From Thermoleophilia bacterium (lineage in GTDB: Bacteria > Actinomycetota > Thermoleophilia > UBA2241): a stretch of 64,000 nt of DNA. The stretch is from the NCBI GenBank assembly GCA_017882325.1, contig JADGPQ010000001.1, positions 541-64,540 of the forward strand, read 5' to 3'. Made by a program: the position numbers and the translations under genes. Below are positions 1-10,199 of this stretch, one piece after another (the first letter of the stretch is position 1; each line of letters starts with the position of its first letter). The notes beneath the pieces are model-generated. The model was not told where the DNA came from. It was given only the letters and a program-made list of their open reading frames with translations, and searched no databases.

Positions 1-272
1 CCACCGGTCCGGGCGCCTCTCGAGAATACTTGACCTGTCTTGGACCACCTGCAATCATGTTCGCATCATGGATGGGCTGTTCCGCATCGCGGGCACTCTC
101 GCAGCGGGCGACCTTGCTGCCGGGGGAGTCACGAGCGCGCACGGCCGGAGCGACAAAGCGTTGCCGGGAGCTAGACGCCACCGTCGCCGGGCTCTGTCAC
201 TCGAGCTCGACCAGCCGACGGCGACCCCCGCTTTGACGAGCGGATTCGACTTCATGCGAGAGGAGAGCTGCG

Positions 273-1067
273 ATGGAACGTGAGATCTGGAGCCTCGAGA
301 GGATGCGCGGTCTGTTCGATCTGGCCGGCAAGGTCGCGATCGTCACCGGCGGATCCGGCGCCTTTGGCCACGCCGCCGCCAAGGGCCTCGCCGCCTTCGG
401 CGCTGACGTCGTCATCACGAGTCGCCGCCTTGAGAAACTCGAGACGGCGGCGGCCGACATCGGCGCGGCGGGGACCAAGGTGCTGCCGATCTCGTGCGAC
501 GCCACCGACGCCGACAGCGTCGAAGCCATGGTGCAGAAGACCGTCGACGAGTTCGGAAAGGTCGACATCCTCGTGTCGGCCGCCGGCCAGGCGAACCGCT
601 TCGCCGCCGAGGAGTTCCCGATCGACGAGTGGCAGAAGGTCATGGATTCGCTGGTCAAGGGCACCTACATCGCCTGCCAGGCCGCCGGCAAGCGGATGAT
701 CGCCCAGGGCGGCGGCAAGATCATCACCGTCGGGTCGGTGCGCGGCGAGCTCGGCCACCCCGGCGGCTACTCCGCCTATGGCACCGCCAAGGGCGCCGTG
801 CACCTGCTCACCAAGCAGCTGGCGACCGAGTGGGCCAAGTACCACATCAACGTCAATTCCATCGCCCCCTGCATCTTCTGGACCCCTCTCACGCAGCAGG
901 TCCTCGACGATCCGGAGCTCTACAAGATCTTCATGCAGCGCATCCCGTGGGGCCGCGCCGCCGATCCGCAGGACTTCATCGGCGCGGCCGTCTATCTCGC
1001 TTCGGCGGCATCCGACTTTGTCACCGGCGACATCCTCATGGTCGACGGCGGCAGCACGGCCGGCTGA
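273..1067 (+). CDS. short-chain dehydrogenase/reductase (SDR) family oxidoreductase
   Basis: N-terminal Rossmann motif VTGGSGAFG and SDR-like catalytic region (YSAYGTAKGAV); GAGAGGAGAG RBS 6 nt upstream of ATG 273. Confidence 0.85.
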   Translation: MEREIWSLERMRGLFDLAGKVAIVTGGSGAFGHAAAKGLAAFGADVVITSRRLEKLETAAADIGAAGTKVLPISCDATDADSVEAMVQKTVDEFGKVDILVSAAGQANRFAAEEFPIDEWQKVMDSLVKGTYIACQAAGKRMIAQGGGKIITVGSVRGELGHPGGYSAYGTAKGAVHLLTKQLATEWAKYHINVNSIAPCIFWTPLTQQVLDDPELYKIFMQRIPWGRAADPQDFIGAAVYLASAASDFVTGDILMVDGGSTAG

Positions 1068-1092
1068 TCGCCGCCGACACGGGGGGGCCCAC

Positions 1093-2043
1093 GTGGACAG
1101 TGAACGCGCAGAGCGCGTCGCCGTTATCGGCGGCGGCATGATGGGCACCGGCATCGCCCAGGTCTTCTCTGCCGCCGGCCACCGGGTCGCGCTCCAGGAT
1201 CTCTACGCGGAGGCCCTCGAACGGGCGCCGGGGGCGATCCGCGGCAACCTGAGCCTACTGGCCGAGCGCGGGCTGTTCTCGGCCGACGCCGTCGAGGCGG
1301 CGGTCGGCCGCGTCCGCACGGCCACCGACCTCGCCGACGCGGCGGACGGCGCTGACTTCGTCGTCGAATGCGTCTTCGAAGACCTTGCTCTGAAGCAGGA
1401 CGTCTTCGAGCAGCTGGACGGCGTCTGTCCGCCCGAAACGGTACTGTGCACCAACACCTCGGTGATGAGCATCGCCGAGATCGGCGCCCACACCAGGCAC
1501 AAGGAGCGGGTCGTCGGCACGCACTTCTGGAACCCGCCGTACCTGATACCTCTGGTCGAGGTCGTGCGCACTGAGGACGTCGATGATGCGGTCGTCGAAC
1601 GCACGATGGATCTGCTGCGGAGGGCCGGCAAGCACCCGATCGACTGCAAGAAGGACGTGCCGGGATTCGTTGCCAATCGCCTGCAGCACGCCCTGTGGCG
1701 GGAGGCCATCTCCATCGTGGAGCACGGCATCGCCGACGCCGCGACCGTGGACGAGAGCATCCGCTTCGGCCCGGGTCTTCGCCTGCCCGTCCTGGCGCCC
1801 ATGGAGAACGCGGACATGGTGGGTCTCGACCTGACGCTGGCGATACACGACTACATCTTGCCGCACCTGGAAGCCTCCGGCGAAGCGTCTCCGCTCCTGA
1901 AGCGGAAGGTCGCGGCCGGCGATCTGGGCTTCAAGTCGGGGCGCGGCTTCCAGGAGTGGAGTGAGGGGGCGGCGGACGCCTCGCGGCGCCGGCTGGTGGA
2001 CTATCTGGTGCACGTGCTGGGCGACCCCGCCCGCGGTCTCTGA
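1093..2043 (+). CDS. 3-hydroxyacyl-CoA dehydrogenase family protein (L-carnitine-dehydrogenase-like clade)
   Basis: VAVIGGGMMGTG NAD motif, HFWNPPYLIPLVEV and GFVANRLQHALWREA motifs typical of HBD/LcdH family; ~316 aa; GTG start 1093 (alt ATG 1138). Confidence 0.8.
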   Translation: MDSERAERVAVIGGGMMGTGIAQVFSAAGHRVALQDLYAEALERAPGAIRGNLSLLAERGLFSADAVEAAVGRVRTATDLADAADGADFVVECVFEDLALKQDVFEQLDGVCPPETVLCTNTSVMSIAEIGAHTRHKERVVGTHFWNPPYLIPLVEVVRTEDVDDAVVERTMDLLRRAGKHPIDCKKDVPGFVANRLQHALWREAISIVEHGIADAATVDESIRFGPGLRLPVLAPMENADMVGLDLTLAIHDYILPHLEASGEASPLLKRKVAAGDLGFKSGRGFQEWSEGAADASRRRLVDYLVHVLGDPARGL

Positions 2044-2062
2044 CGCCGGGACGTGCCGGGCA

Positions 2063-2830
2063 GTGACGGAGAAGAGGGCAGTGGCAGAGCGGCGTGACGG
2101 GGTACAGGTGTTGTCACGCGCCGCTCAGATGCTGCGCCGTCTGGCGGCCGAACCGGACGGCCTGACGTCGATCGAACTCGCCGATCGCGTGGGACTGCCA
2201 CGGTCCACAGCCTATCGCATCGTCGGCACCTTGTGCCAGGAGGGCCTGATGCGCGTCCTGCCCTCCGGCAAGCTGCGCATCGGGGCCGGCCTCATGGGCA
2301 TCGCGGCTGCCGGCCGGCGCGACCTGCGTCACGAGGCGGCCCCGTACCTCGAGCGTCTCTCTCACGAGCTCGACGAGACCGTCGAGCTCGTCGTCCTCGA
2401 CGGTGACGAGGCGCTCTTCACGAACCAGTTCGTGTCGTCGCGCTCGCTGCGCGTTGTTGCCGAGGTCGGTGACAGGTTTCCCCTGCACTGCACCGCGTGC
2501 GGCAAGGCGTTGCTCTCGGAGCTTCCGCACGCCGAGGCCGAACGGCTGGTGCCCGCGAAGCTCGAGCCCTTCACGCCGCACACCAACGTCAATCGCGGGG
2601 AGCTCCTCAGGGAACTGGACCTGGTCCGTGCGACCGGAGTGGCGTACGACCATCAGGAGCACAGCCTGGGGATCTCGGCCGTCGGGGCCGCGATCCGCGA
2701 CGCGGCAGGCGCAAGTGCGGCCGTCACCGTGGTCATGCCGGCGGCGCGCCTCGAAGGCAACGAGGCGCACGTGGCGGCCGCCCTCCTGCGTGTCCGCGAC
2801 GATATCCAACGCGCTCTCAACGGCGACTGA
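2063..2830 (+). CDS. IclR family transcriptional regulator
   Basis: N-terminal wHTH (VQVLSRAAQMLRRL...LTSIELADRVGLPRSTAYRIV) plus C-terminal IclR effector domain; start uncertain (GTG 2063). Confidence 0.8.
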   Translation: MTEKRAVAERRDGVQVLSRAAQMLRRLAAEPDGLTSIELADRVGLPRSTAYRIVGTLCQEGLMRVLPSGKLRIGAGLMGIAAAGRRDLRHEAAPYLERLSHELDETVELVVLDGDEALFTNQFVSSRSLRVVAEVGDRFPLHCTACGKALLSELPHAEAERLVPAKLEPFTPHTNVNRGELLRELDLVRATGVAYDHQEHSLGISAVGAAIRDAAGASAAVTVVMPAARLEGNEAHVAAALLRVRDDIQRALNGD

Positions 2831-2961
2831 CGTTGTCGCCTCGTCAACGGCGGCAAGTCTTGACAGCGGCTTCTCGGGGCGAGTAGCGTATCCACGATAC
2901 GGCAAGTCAGTTCCACAATACGGACAGTGCGCCGACCGATCGACTACCCTCTGGAGGAGCT

Positions 2962-3777
2962 ATGGATCAACAGCCAAACGATCCGGGGAACGGCCTCGAG
3001 TTCTACGACCTGAGCGCGACCTTCGGCCACAACGCGCCTCTGTGGCCGTACTTCGAGGACGTCAAGATCGAGCGCATGCATTACCACGCCAAGTCCGGCG
3101 TGCTCTCTCAGAAGATCACCACCGTGATGCACTGCACCACGCATGCCGATGCGCCGGCGCATGTCATCGAGGGCACTGAGTTCACCGACCAGGTGCCCCT
3201 CTACAAGTACTTCGGCCCGGCCGTCGTCGTTTCGATCCCCAAGACCGAGAACTGGGCGCCTATCACGCGTGAGGATCTCGAGAAGGCCACACCCAAGATC
3301 CAGCCCGGCGACCTCGTGATCATCAACTGCGGCTGGCACAAGTACTACAGCGACTCGCAGAAGTACTTCGCCTACTCGCCCGGCCTTGTGCCGAGCGCCG
3401 TCGAGTACCTGCTCGAAGTGGGCGCCAAGGGCGTCGGCGTCGATCAGCAGGCGCTTGACCACCCGCTGGCCACCGCCATCGGCATGCACGGCCCCGGGCC
3501 GCTGCTCCCCGCCGTGGTCAAAGAGTACGAGGCGCTGAAGGGCCACCCCATCCAGGATGACTTCCCCGACTGGGAGCCCTGCCACCGTCTGATCCTCGGC
3601 AACGGCATGGTGGGCTTCGAGAACGTGTGCGGCGCCGACATCGACAAGGTCACCGGCAAGCGCGTCACGATCGCCGCCTTCCCGATCCGCTGGGAAAAGG
3701 GCGACGGTTCGATCGTACGCGTGGTCGCCATCGTCGATCCCAAGGGCGAGTTCCGCATCCCGACCGGGAAGGAGTGA
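2962..3777 (+). CDS. cyclase family protein (kynurenine formamidase-like fold)
   Basis: HxGTHxDxPxH-like motif (MHCTTHADAPAHV) characteristic of PF04199 cyclases. Confidence 0.7.
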   Translation: MDQQPNDPGNGLEFYDLSATFGHNAPLWPYFEDVKIERMHYHAKSGVLSQKITTVMHCTTHADAPAHVIEGTEFTDQVPLYKYFGPAVVVSIPKTENWAPITREDLEKATPKIQPGDLVIINCGWHKYYSDSQKYFAYSPGLVPSAVEYLLEVGAKGVGVDQQALDHPLATAIGMHGPGPLLPAVVKEYEALKGHPIQDDFPDWEPCHRLILGNGMVGFENVCGADIDKVTGKRVTIAAFPIRWEKGDGSIVRVVAIVDPKGEFRIPTGKE

Positions 3778-3779
3778 CC

Positions 3780-4130
3780 ATGGAAGTCACGCGCTACGAC
3801 GAGGCCCCGCCGTACGAGGCCCCCAAGCACCACGAGTGTTTCGGCCTGCGTCTCCAGGGCTTCGAGGTCAGCAAGACGCGCAACTTCTGGATGGGCCTCT
3901 CGCACTTCCTGCCCGGCGGCGGCGCCTTCGAGGACGCGACGCCGGTCGAGAAGGTATACCTGGTGCTCGAGGGCGAAGTCACGGTCATCACTCCCGAGGG
4001 CGAGGTCACCCTGAAGCGCATGGACTCTTGCTACCTCGCCCCCAACGAGTCCCGCTCGATCGAGAACCGCACCAACTCACCCGCCTCGATGCTCGTCGCC
4101 ATCCCCTACCCGGAGCCCCGCGAGGGCTGA
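3780..4130 (+). CDS. cupin domain protein
   Basis: small beta-barrel cupin-like sequence (VYLVLEGEVTVITPEGEVTLKRMDSCYL); ATG 3780 two nt after upstream stop. Confidence 0.6.
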   Translation: MEVTRYDEAPPYEAPKHHECFGLRLQGFEVSKTRNFWMGLSHFLPGGGAFEDATPVEKVYLVLEGEVTVITPEGEVTLKRMDSCYLAPNESRSIENRTNSPASMLVAIPYPEPREG

Positions 4131-4295
4131 TGCGGGTCTCCAGGACCTCCGTCCTGGCCCCCACGGCGATGGCGCATCCACAGGCGCTAGACGGTCGCGA
4201 TAGGGACGCGCGGCGGCTCAAGAGCCGCCGCGCGTCCCGCCGCGGCCCGCAGCCTCCCAGCGGTCTCGCGACTTGCGCGAGCCCCCGGTCGTCCG

Positions 4296-5240
4296 GTGGC
4301 GATGGCGTCGCCTGAACGCATATGCGTCGTCGGGGCAGGTCTCATGGGTCACGGCATCGCGCAGGTCTTCGCCTGCGCTGGTCACCCCGTGGCCGTGCAC
4401 GACCCCGTCCCAGAGGCGCTGGCGACGGTCCACTCGCGTGTGGCCGCGAATCTCGCGCGCCTCGGCCTGCGTGACGATGCGCTCGGGCGCATCAGCGTGC
4501 ACGAGGATCTCGCCGACGCGCTGGAGGGCGCCGCGTTCGCCTTCGAGGCGGCGCCCGAGGACGTGACCCTGAAAGTGCGGCTCGTGGAGGAGATCACCTC
4601 CATCGCGCCTCCCGGCGTCGTCGTGGCCAGCAACACGTCGTCGATGCCGGTGGCCGTGTACACGCCGAGGGCGGTGGGCGCCGACCGCGTGATCGGCACG
4701 CACTTCTGGAACCCGCCGTATCTCATCCCGCTCGTCGAGGTGGTGCAGGGCGAGCAGACGTCCACCGGGACGGTGGCGAGGACGATGGACGTCCTCCGCG
4801 CTGCCGGGAAGCTTCCCGTGCACGTCCGCAAGGATGTCCCCGGCTTCGTCGCCAACCGCCTGCAGCACGCCCTGTGGCGCGAGGCCATGTCGATCGTCCA
4901 GCACGGTGTCGCCGACGCCGAGACAGTGGACCTGTGCGTCAAGAACAGCTTCGGACTGAGGCTCGCGGTGATGGGCCCCCTCGAGACCGCCGACCTCGGC
5001 GGCCTCGACCTCGCCCTGAACATCCACGAGCAGATCCTGCCGTTCATCGATCGCACACCCGGTCCGCTGCAGATCCTGCGCGACAAAGTCGCCGCCGGCG
5101 AGCTCGGCATGAAGACAGGGCAGGGTTTCCTGCCTTGGACCGAGGAGACGGCCGCGGCCGCCCACGCGCGGCTCGCCGACCACCTGATCGCCGTGCTTGC
5201 GGCCGGGAACGCTCCGCCCGAAGCGCCAACCACGACCTAA
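4296..5240 (+). CDS. 3-hydroxyacyl-CoA dehydrogenase family protein (second paralogue)
   Basis: ICVVGAGLMGHGIAQ NAD motif, HFWNPPYLIPLVEVV, GFVANRLQHALWREA; paralogue of 1093-2043. Confidence 0.8.
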   Translation: MAMASPERICVVGAGLMGHGIAQVFACAGHPVAVHDPVPEALATVHSRVAANLARLGLRDDALGRISVHEDLADALEGAAFAFEAAPEDVTLKVRLVEEITSIAPPGVVVASNTSSMPVAVYTPRAVGADRVIGTHFWNPPYLIPLVEVVQGEQTSTGTVARTMDVLRAAGKLPVHVRKDVPGFVANRLQHALWREAMSIVQHGVADAETVDLCVKNSFGLRLAVMGPLETADLGGLDLALNIHEQILPFIDRTPGPLQILRDKVAAGELGMKTGQGFLPWTEETAAAAHARLADHLIAVLAAGNAPPEAPTTT

Positions 5241-5262
5241 ACGACCCCCGAGGAGCCGCCCA

Positions 5263-6087
5263 ATGCCGAATCCCATCATCACCGCCGCGCTCACCGGCCC
5301 CGTGGCGACGAAGGCCGACAACCCCGGGATGCCCGGCACCGTGGCAGAGATCGCCGCGGACGCCAAAGCCGCCTACGACGCCGGCGCGGCCGTCATCCAC
5401 ATCCACCTGCGCGACGACGAAGGCAGCATGACCGTCGACCTGGACGTGGCGCGGCGCACCGTCGAGGCGGTGCGCGCCGTGTGCCCCGGCATCGTGCAGC
5501 TCTCCACCGGCGGTCTGGCCTTCACGTACGAAGACCGCATGAGGATGGTCGAGGCCAAGCCGGCCATGGCGACGCTCAACCCCTGTACGATGACGTTCGG
5601 CGCGGCCGAGTTCCGCAACCCGCCCAAACAGATGATGGAGCTGGCGGCCCGCATGATCGAGCTCGGGGTCAAACCCGAGGTCGAGGTCTACGACACCGGT
5701 CATCTCGAGATGATGCTGTACCTCGTGCACAAGGGGCTGCTCGTCGAGCCACTGCAGGTCTCGTTCGTGATGGGCGTGCGCGGCGGCATGAAGGGTGACC
5801 CGACCCTGCTCGCCTACCTCGTGCGCGAGCTCCCGGAGGGCACGAGCTGGCAGGTCATCGCCGTCGCCAAGGCCAACCTGCCGATGACCACCATTGGCCT
5901 GGCCATGGGGGGCAATGCGCGCACCGGCATGGAAGACACGCTGACCCTGGAGAAAGGCGTGCCGGCTGCGTCCAACGCCCAGCTTGTCGAGCGCCTCGTG
6001 AGGATCGCGCGCTCGCTGCAGCAGGAACCCGCGGGGGTGGCCGAGGTCGTCGAGCGGCTCAAGCTGTCAGCGGAGCTTGTCGGCTAA
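5263..6087 (+). CDS. beta-keto acid cleavage enzyme (BKACE / 3-keto-5-aminohexanoate cleavage enzyme family, DUF849)
   Basis: MPNPIITAALTGP...IHIHLRDDEG...LSTGG typical Kce/BKACE N-terminus and TIM-barrel core; AGGAG RBS 8 nt upstream. Confidence 0.8.
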   Translation: MPNPIITAALTGPVATKADNPGMPGTVAEIAADAKAAYDAGAAVIHIHLRDDEGSMTVDLDVARRTVEAVRAVCPGIVQLSTGGLAFTYEDRMRMVEAKPAMATLNPCTMTFGAAEFRNPPKQMMELAARMIELGVKPEVEVYDTGHLEMMLYLVHKGLLVEPLQVSFVMGVRGGMKGDPTLLAYLVRELPEGTSWQVIAVAKANLPMTTIGLAMGGNARTGMEDTLTLEKGVPAASNAQLVERLVRIARSLQQEPAGVAEVVERLKLSAELVG

Positions 6088-6420
6088 GCATGAGCGTCGG
6101 TGCTGCCCTCCTGCGTTGTTCGAGGGCGTCTGCGCGAGTCTTGCGCGCGGGACAAGAAGGCTTGACAGCGATGCTGGCGGCTATATGATGCCCGTATCGT
6201 GGGAGGGAATGTCCGCATGGTGGATAGCACCGGAGGTGCGAAGGCGCCGTGACGACAGGACCTGACCGGGCTGGGAAGCCCGCGTCGTCAGTGCGATCTC
6301 CATCGCGCACTCCGGCGCGTCGGACCCGCTCCGGCAAGGAGCCCAAGGGCGAGTTCTCGTTGGTCTGTGCGGCTCGCAGCTGAGCCGCTGGTGACCGCGG
6401 GACCAAAGCAAGGAGGCGGC

Positions 6421-7824
6421 ATGAGTTCGGACGACCGCAAGTCAAGCGAGGCGTCGGAAGGCGCCGGGATCGTCAAGACCCCGGTCACGCGACGCGATTT
6501 CCTCAAGGTTGCCGGCGTGGCGGGCGCGGCGCTCGGCATCGGCGGCGCCGGCAGCGTGCTGGCCGCCTGCGGCAGCGGCAGCAGCGGTGGCGGCAGCAGC
6601 AGTAGCGCTACCGGCCGCACCATCAAGGTCGGTTTCGTCTCGCCGCTCACCGGCCCGCTGGCCACGTTCGGCGAGACCGACCAGTGGATCGTCGACCAGT
6701 GGAAGGCGGCGGTCAAGGACGGCGTCAAGTGCGGCGACGGCCAGGTGCACCCGATCGAGATCATCGTGAAGGACTCGCAGTCCGACACGAACCGTGCCGC
6801 CACCGTGGCCGGCGACCTGGTCACCAACGACGGCATCGACGTCATGATGGTCGCCTCTACGCCCGACACCGTGAACCCCGTCGCCGACCAGGCGGAAGCC
6901 CTGCAGGTCCCCTGCGTCTCCAACGACTGTCCGTGGCAGCCCTACTACTTCGGCCGCGGCGCCACGCCCGACAAGCCCTTCAAGTGGACCTACCACGCGT
7001 TCTGGGGCCTCGAGGACGTGACGACGGTCTTCACGGGGATGTGGAACCAGCTCAACACGAACAAGCTCGTCGGCGCGATGTGGCCGAACGACGCCGACGG
7101 TCTGGGCTGGGCCGACCCCAAGACGGGCCAGCCGCCCCTGCTCAAGCAGGCGGGCTACAAGTTCGTCGACGGCGGCCGTTTCCCGGACGGCACCGAGGAC
7201 TACAGCTCGCAGATCGGCAAGTTCAAGGCCGCCGGCTGTCAGATCCTCAGCGGCGTCTTCATCCCGCCGGACTTCGTGAACTTCTGGAAGCAGTCGTACC
7301 AGCAGGGGTTCAAGCCCGTGGCCGCGACGGTCGGCAAGGCACTCCTCTTCCCGGCAGAGCTTGAGGCGATCGGGTCCATCGGCTACGGCCTCACCACCGA
7401 GTGCTGGTGGTCGCCGTGGCACCCGTTCAAGTCATCGCTCAGCGGCCAGACCTGTCAGCAGCTGGCGGATGCCTGGACCGCGGACACCAAGAAGGAGTGG
7501 ACGCAGCCGCTGCTGCACTACGCCGTGTTCGAGGTCGTGGTCGACGCCCTCAAGCGCACGACCAACGTCGACGACAAGCAGGTCATCCTGGACGCCATCA
7601 AGGCCACGACCCTCGACACGATCCAGGGCAAGATCACGTGGACTGCCGGGGCGCCGCTGAACCCGGTCCCCAACGTCTGCCGCACCGTGCTCGTCGGCGG
7701 CATGTGGACCAAGGGCTCGACGTACCCCTTCGAGCTCCTGCTCGTCGACACGGCCCACGCCAAGGAGGCGCCGTTCGACGTCACGATCCCGACCAACGGC
7801 AAGCTCGCCCCGATGAAGTACTGA
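6421..7824 (+). CDS. ABC transporter substrate-binding lipoprotein (branched-chain amino acid/amide LivK-like family) with Tat signal
   Basis: RRDFLKVAGVAGAALGIGGAGSVLAAC twin-arginine signal plus lipobox; periplasmic binding protein type I fold; AAGGAGG RBS. Confidence 0.8.
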   Translation: MSSDDRKSSEASEGAGIVKTPVTRRDFLKVAGVAGAALGIGGAGSVLAACGSGSSGGGSSSSATGRTIKVGFVSPLTGPLATFGETDQWIVDQWKAAVKDGVKCGDGQVHPIEIIVKDSQSDTNRAATVAGDLVTNDGIDVMMVASTPDTVNPVADQAEALQVPCVSNDCPWQPYYFGRGATPDKPFKWTYHAFWGLEDVTTVFTGMWNQLNTNKLVGAMWPNDADGLGWADPKTGQPPLLKQAGYKFVDGGRFPDGTEDYSSQIGKFKAAGCQILSGVFIPPDFVNFWKQSYQQGFKPVAATVGKALLFPAELEAIGSIGYGLTTECWWSPWHPFKSSLSGQTCQQLADAWTADTKKEWTQPLLHYAVFEVVVDALKRTTNVDDKQVILDAIKATTLDTIQGKITWTAGAPLNPVPNVCRTVLVGGMWTKGSTYPFELLLVDTAHAKEAPFDVTIPTNGKLAPMKY

Positions 7825-7901
7825 GAGAGGAAACCGGACCCTTTGCCCAGCAATGTCAGATCACTCGAGGAGGTCTCGGTGACGCAAGGCGGTGAAGACT
7901 C

Positions 7902-8627
7902 ATGACCGTAGTGCTCGAGACCACGGGCCTGATGAAATCCTTCGGCGGCGTGCAGGTCATCGACGACCTGAGCGTGCAGCTGAACGATGGCGAAGCTCTG
8001 GGCATCGTCGGGCCGAACGGCGCCGGCAAGACCACGTTGTTCAACCTCATCACCGGCGTGTATCGGCCCGACGCGGGTCGGGTCACGTTCAAGGAGAAGG
8101 ACATCACCCATCTCGCGCGGCAGGACCGCTGCCGCGAGGGCATCGGCCGCACGTTCCAGATCCCCAAGCCGTTCGCCGACATGAGCGTCTTCGAGAACGT
8201 GCTGGTCTGCGCGGCCTACGGGCGGAGCATGAGCGAGCGCGCCAGCTACGCGCGCTGCGTGGAGACGATGGAGCTCACCAAGCTCTCCACCAAAGCCAAC
8301 AAGCAGGCAGGCGCTTTGCCACTACTCGACCGCAAACGCCTGGAGCTGGCCCGGGCGCTGGCCGGCGACCCCAGTGTGCTCTTGCTGGACGAGGTCGCCG
8401 GCGGGCTCACGGAGAGCGAGGTCGAGGAGCTTATCGAGACGATCAAAGACCTGCACCGCGAGGGCATCTCGATCATCTGGATCGAGCACATCGTCCACGC
8501 CCTGCTGGCAGTGGTCGGTCGCATCGTGGCGATCAGCTTCGGCCGCAATCTCATCGAAGGCGACCCCAACGAAGTCATGTGCAGCGACGAGGTCCAGGCC
8601 TGCTACATGGGGGGGACACCGGTATGA
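7902..8627 (+). CDS. livG: ABC transporter ATP-binding protein (LivG-like)
   Basis: Walker A GPNGAGKTT, LSGGQ-like signature, Walker B LLLDEVAGGL. Confidence 0.85.
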   Translation: MTVVLETTGLMKSFGGVQVIDDLSVQLNDGEALGIVGPNGAGKTTLFNLITGVYRPDAGRVTFKEKDITHLARQDRCREGIGRTFQIPKPFADMSVFENVLVCAAYGRSMSERASYARCVETMELTKLSTKANKQAGALPLLDRKRLELARALAGDPSVLLLDEVAGGLTESEVEELIETIKDLHREGISIIWIEHIVHALLAVVGRIVAISFGRNLIEGDPNEVMCSDEVQACYMGGTPV

Positions 8628-9322
8628 GCGTGCTCGAGCTCCAGGAGGTCGACGTCTTCTACGGCGACTTCCAGGCCCTCTTCAAAGTCTCGTTCAAGGT
8701 CGAAGAGGGACAGACCTTCGCCTGCATCGGCGCCAACGGTGGCGGCAAGTCCACGCTCCTGAGAACGATCGCCGGGCTCCAGCGTCCCTCGTCGGGCCAG
8801 ATCTTCTTCCACGGTGAGCCGGTCGACAAGCACCCCGCACACGACCGCGTCGGCATGGGCATCGCGCTCGTGCCCGAGGGGCGCCGCGTCTTCCCGAGCC
8901 TAACCGTCTTTGAGAACCTGCAGATCGGCGCCTACGGCGGTCGCAAGGGCGACTGGAACACCGACTCGGTCATGGAGCTCTTCCCGCTCCTGAAGCCGCT
9001 TGTCAAGCGCCAGGCGTCGAGCCTCTCCGGCGGCGAGCAGCAGGCCCTGGCCATCGGGCGCGCCTTGATGGCCAACCCGCACCTCCTGCTGCTCGACGAA
9101 GTCTCTCTGGGCCTCGCGCCCGTGGTCATCAAGCGCATCTACGAGGCCATGGTGCACCTCGTCGACACGGGCACCACGATCCTGGTCGTCGAACAGGACG
9201 TGCAGCACGTCCTCACCGTCGCCGATCACGTCGCCTGCTTCCTCGAAGGCCGCATCAGCCTCGAGGGCAAGCCAAGCGATCTGAGCTCTGAAGCGATCAC
9301 TGCAGCCTACTTCGGGATGTGA
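8624..9322 (+). CDS. livF: ABC transporter ATP-binding protein (LivF-like)
   Basis: Walker A GANGGGKST, signature LSGGEQQ, LLLDEVSLGLAP; ATGA overlap with upstream gene. Confidence 0.85.
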   Translation: MSVLELQEVDVFYGDFQALFKVSFKVEEGQTFACIGANGGGKSTLLRTIAGLQRPSSGQIFFHGEPVDKHPAHDRVGMGIALVPEGRRVFPSLTVFENLQIGAYGGRKGDWNTDSVMELFPLLKPLVKRQASSLSGGEQQALAIGRALMANPHLLLLDEVSLGLAPVVIKRIYEAMVHLVDTGTTILVVEQDVQHVLTVADHVACFLEGRISLEGKPSDLSSEAITAAYFGM

Positions 9323-9326
9323 CGGT

Positions 9327-10199
9327 ATGGATTGGGCCAACGTAGCGATTCAAGGCATTCTCCTGGGCGGGCTGTACGCGCTGTTCGCGACCGGTCTTGC
9401 CCTCGTGTTCGGCGTCATGCGCATGGTCAACTTGGCGCACGGCGACCTCGGCATCCTGGCGGCGTTCGTCGCCCTGTTCCTCGTCCAGTCGTTCCACATC
9501 GGTGTCTTGTGGTCGGGACTCCTGACCATCGTCATCATGTTCGTCGTGGGTTATCTCCTGCAGCGCGGGTTGCTCAACTTCACCTTGGGCAGCGACGACA
9601 CGCGTCCCATCGTGGTCACGTTCGGCCTCTCCATCATCATCCAGAATGGCCTCATCATGTGGTTCTCGGCCGACTCGCAGGGCCTGGACGCCGGCAAGAT
9701 CGAGAACATCAGCATCCGCATCAGCGACAAGCTGTCGATCGGGTGGTTCCCGCTGCTCGTCTTCATCACATCTATCGTGGTCATCGCCTTGCTGCAGACC
9801 TTCCTCAACCGGACCAAACTGGGGCGCGCCTTCAGGGCCACATCGGATGACCGTGAAGCGGCCGAGCTGATGGGCATCAACAACCGTCACATCTACGGCC
9901 TGGCCATGGCCATCGCCTTGGCCATCGTCGCCCTGGCCGGCATCCTGCTCGCGGTGCGCACGACCTTCGACCCCACGCAGGGTCCGTTCCGGCTCATCTA
10001 TGCCTTCGAGGCTGTGATCATGGGCGGCATGGGGTCCATCTGGGGGACGCTCATCGGTGGCATCGTCCTCGGCCTGTCCCAGACGCTCGGGTCCCAGGCC
10101 TTCGGCTCCGGCTGGGGCCTCCTGGTGGGCCACCTGGTCTTCCTCACCGTGCTGGCGGTCCGGCCGAGCGGCTTCTTCGCGAAGACGGTGACGGCATGA
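9327..10199 (+). CDS. livH: branched-chain amino acid ABC transporter permease (LivH-like)
   Basis: multi-TM permease typical of LivH family (GLALVFGVMRMVNLAHGDL). Confidence 0.8.
   Translation: MDWANVAIQGILLGGLYALFATGLALVFGVMRMVNLAHGDLGILAAFVALFLVQSFHIGVLWSGLLTIVIMFVVGYLLQRGLLNFTLGSDDTRPIVVTFGLSIIIQNGLIMWFSADSQGLDAGKIENISIRISDKLSIGWFPLLVFITSIVVIALLQTFLNRTKLGRAFRATSDDREAAELMGINNRHIYGLAMAIALAIVALAGILLAVRTTFDPTQGPFRLIYAFEAVIMGGMGSIWGTLIGGIVLGLSQTLGSQAFGSGWGLLVGHLVFLTVLAVRPSGFFAKTVTA

Noticed and set aside
252-1154. Long minus-strand ORF (300 aa) antisense to the SDR gene, plus many similar antisense or overlapping ORFs (1255-2013, 4218-5366, 6442-7422, 9297-10133, 10667-11533, 11965-12876, 13375-14664, 15493-16719, 17523-18905, 19979-21169, 26411-27871, 28073-29332, 30743-32602, 33162-34277, 36414-37898, 43697-45385, 48074-50011, 51244-52692, 53622-54683, 55503-57518)
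   Set aside because: At this GC, stop-free stretches are expected in non-coding frames. They are Arg/Ala/Gly/Pro-rich low-complexity translations with no recognisable domains, and they overlap genes that have strong family matches and proper start contexts.
7892-9322. 476-aa ORF spanning both ABC ATPase genes
   Set aside because: Its N-terminal part is an out-of-frame read-through of the livG-like gene. Only the segment from ATG 8624 (the livF-like gene) has ABC-ATPase sequence in that frame.
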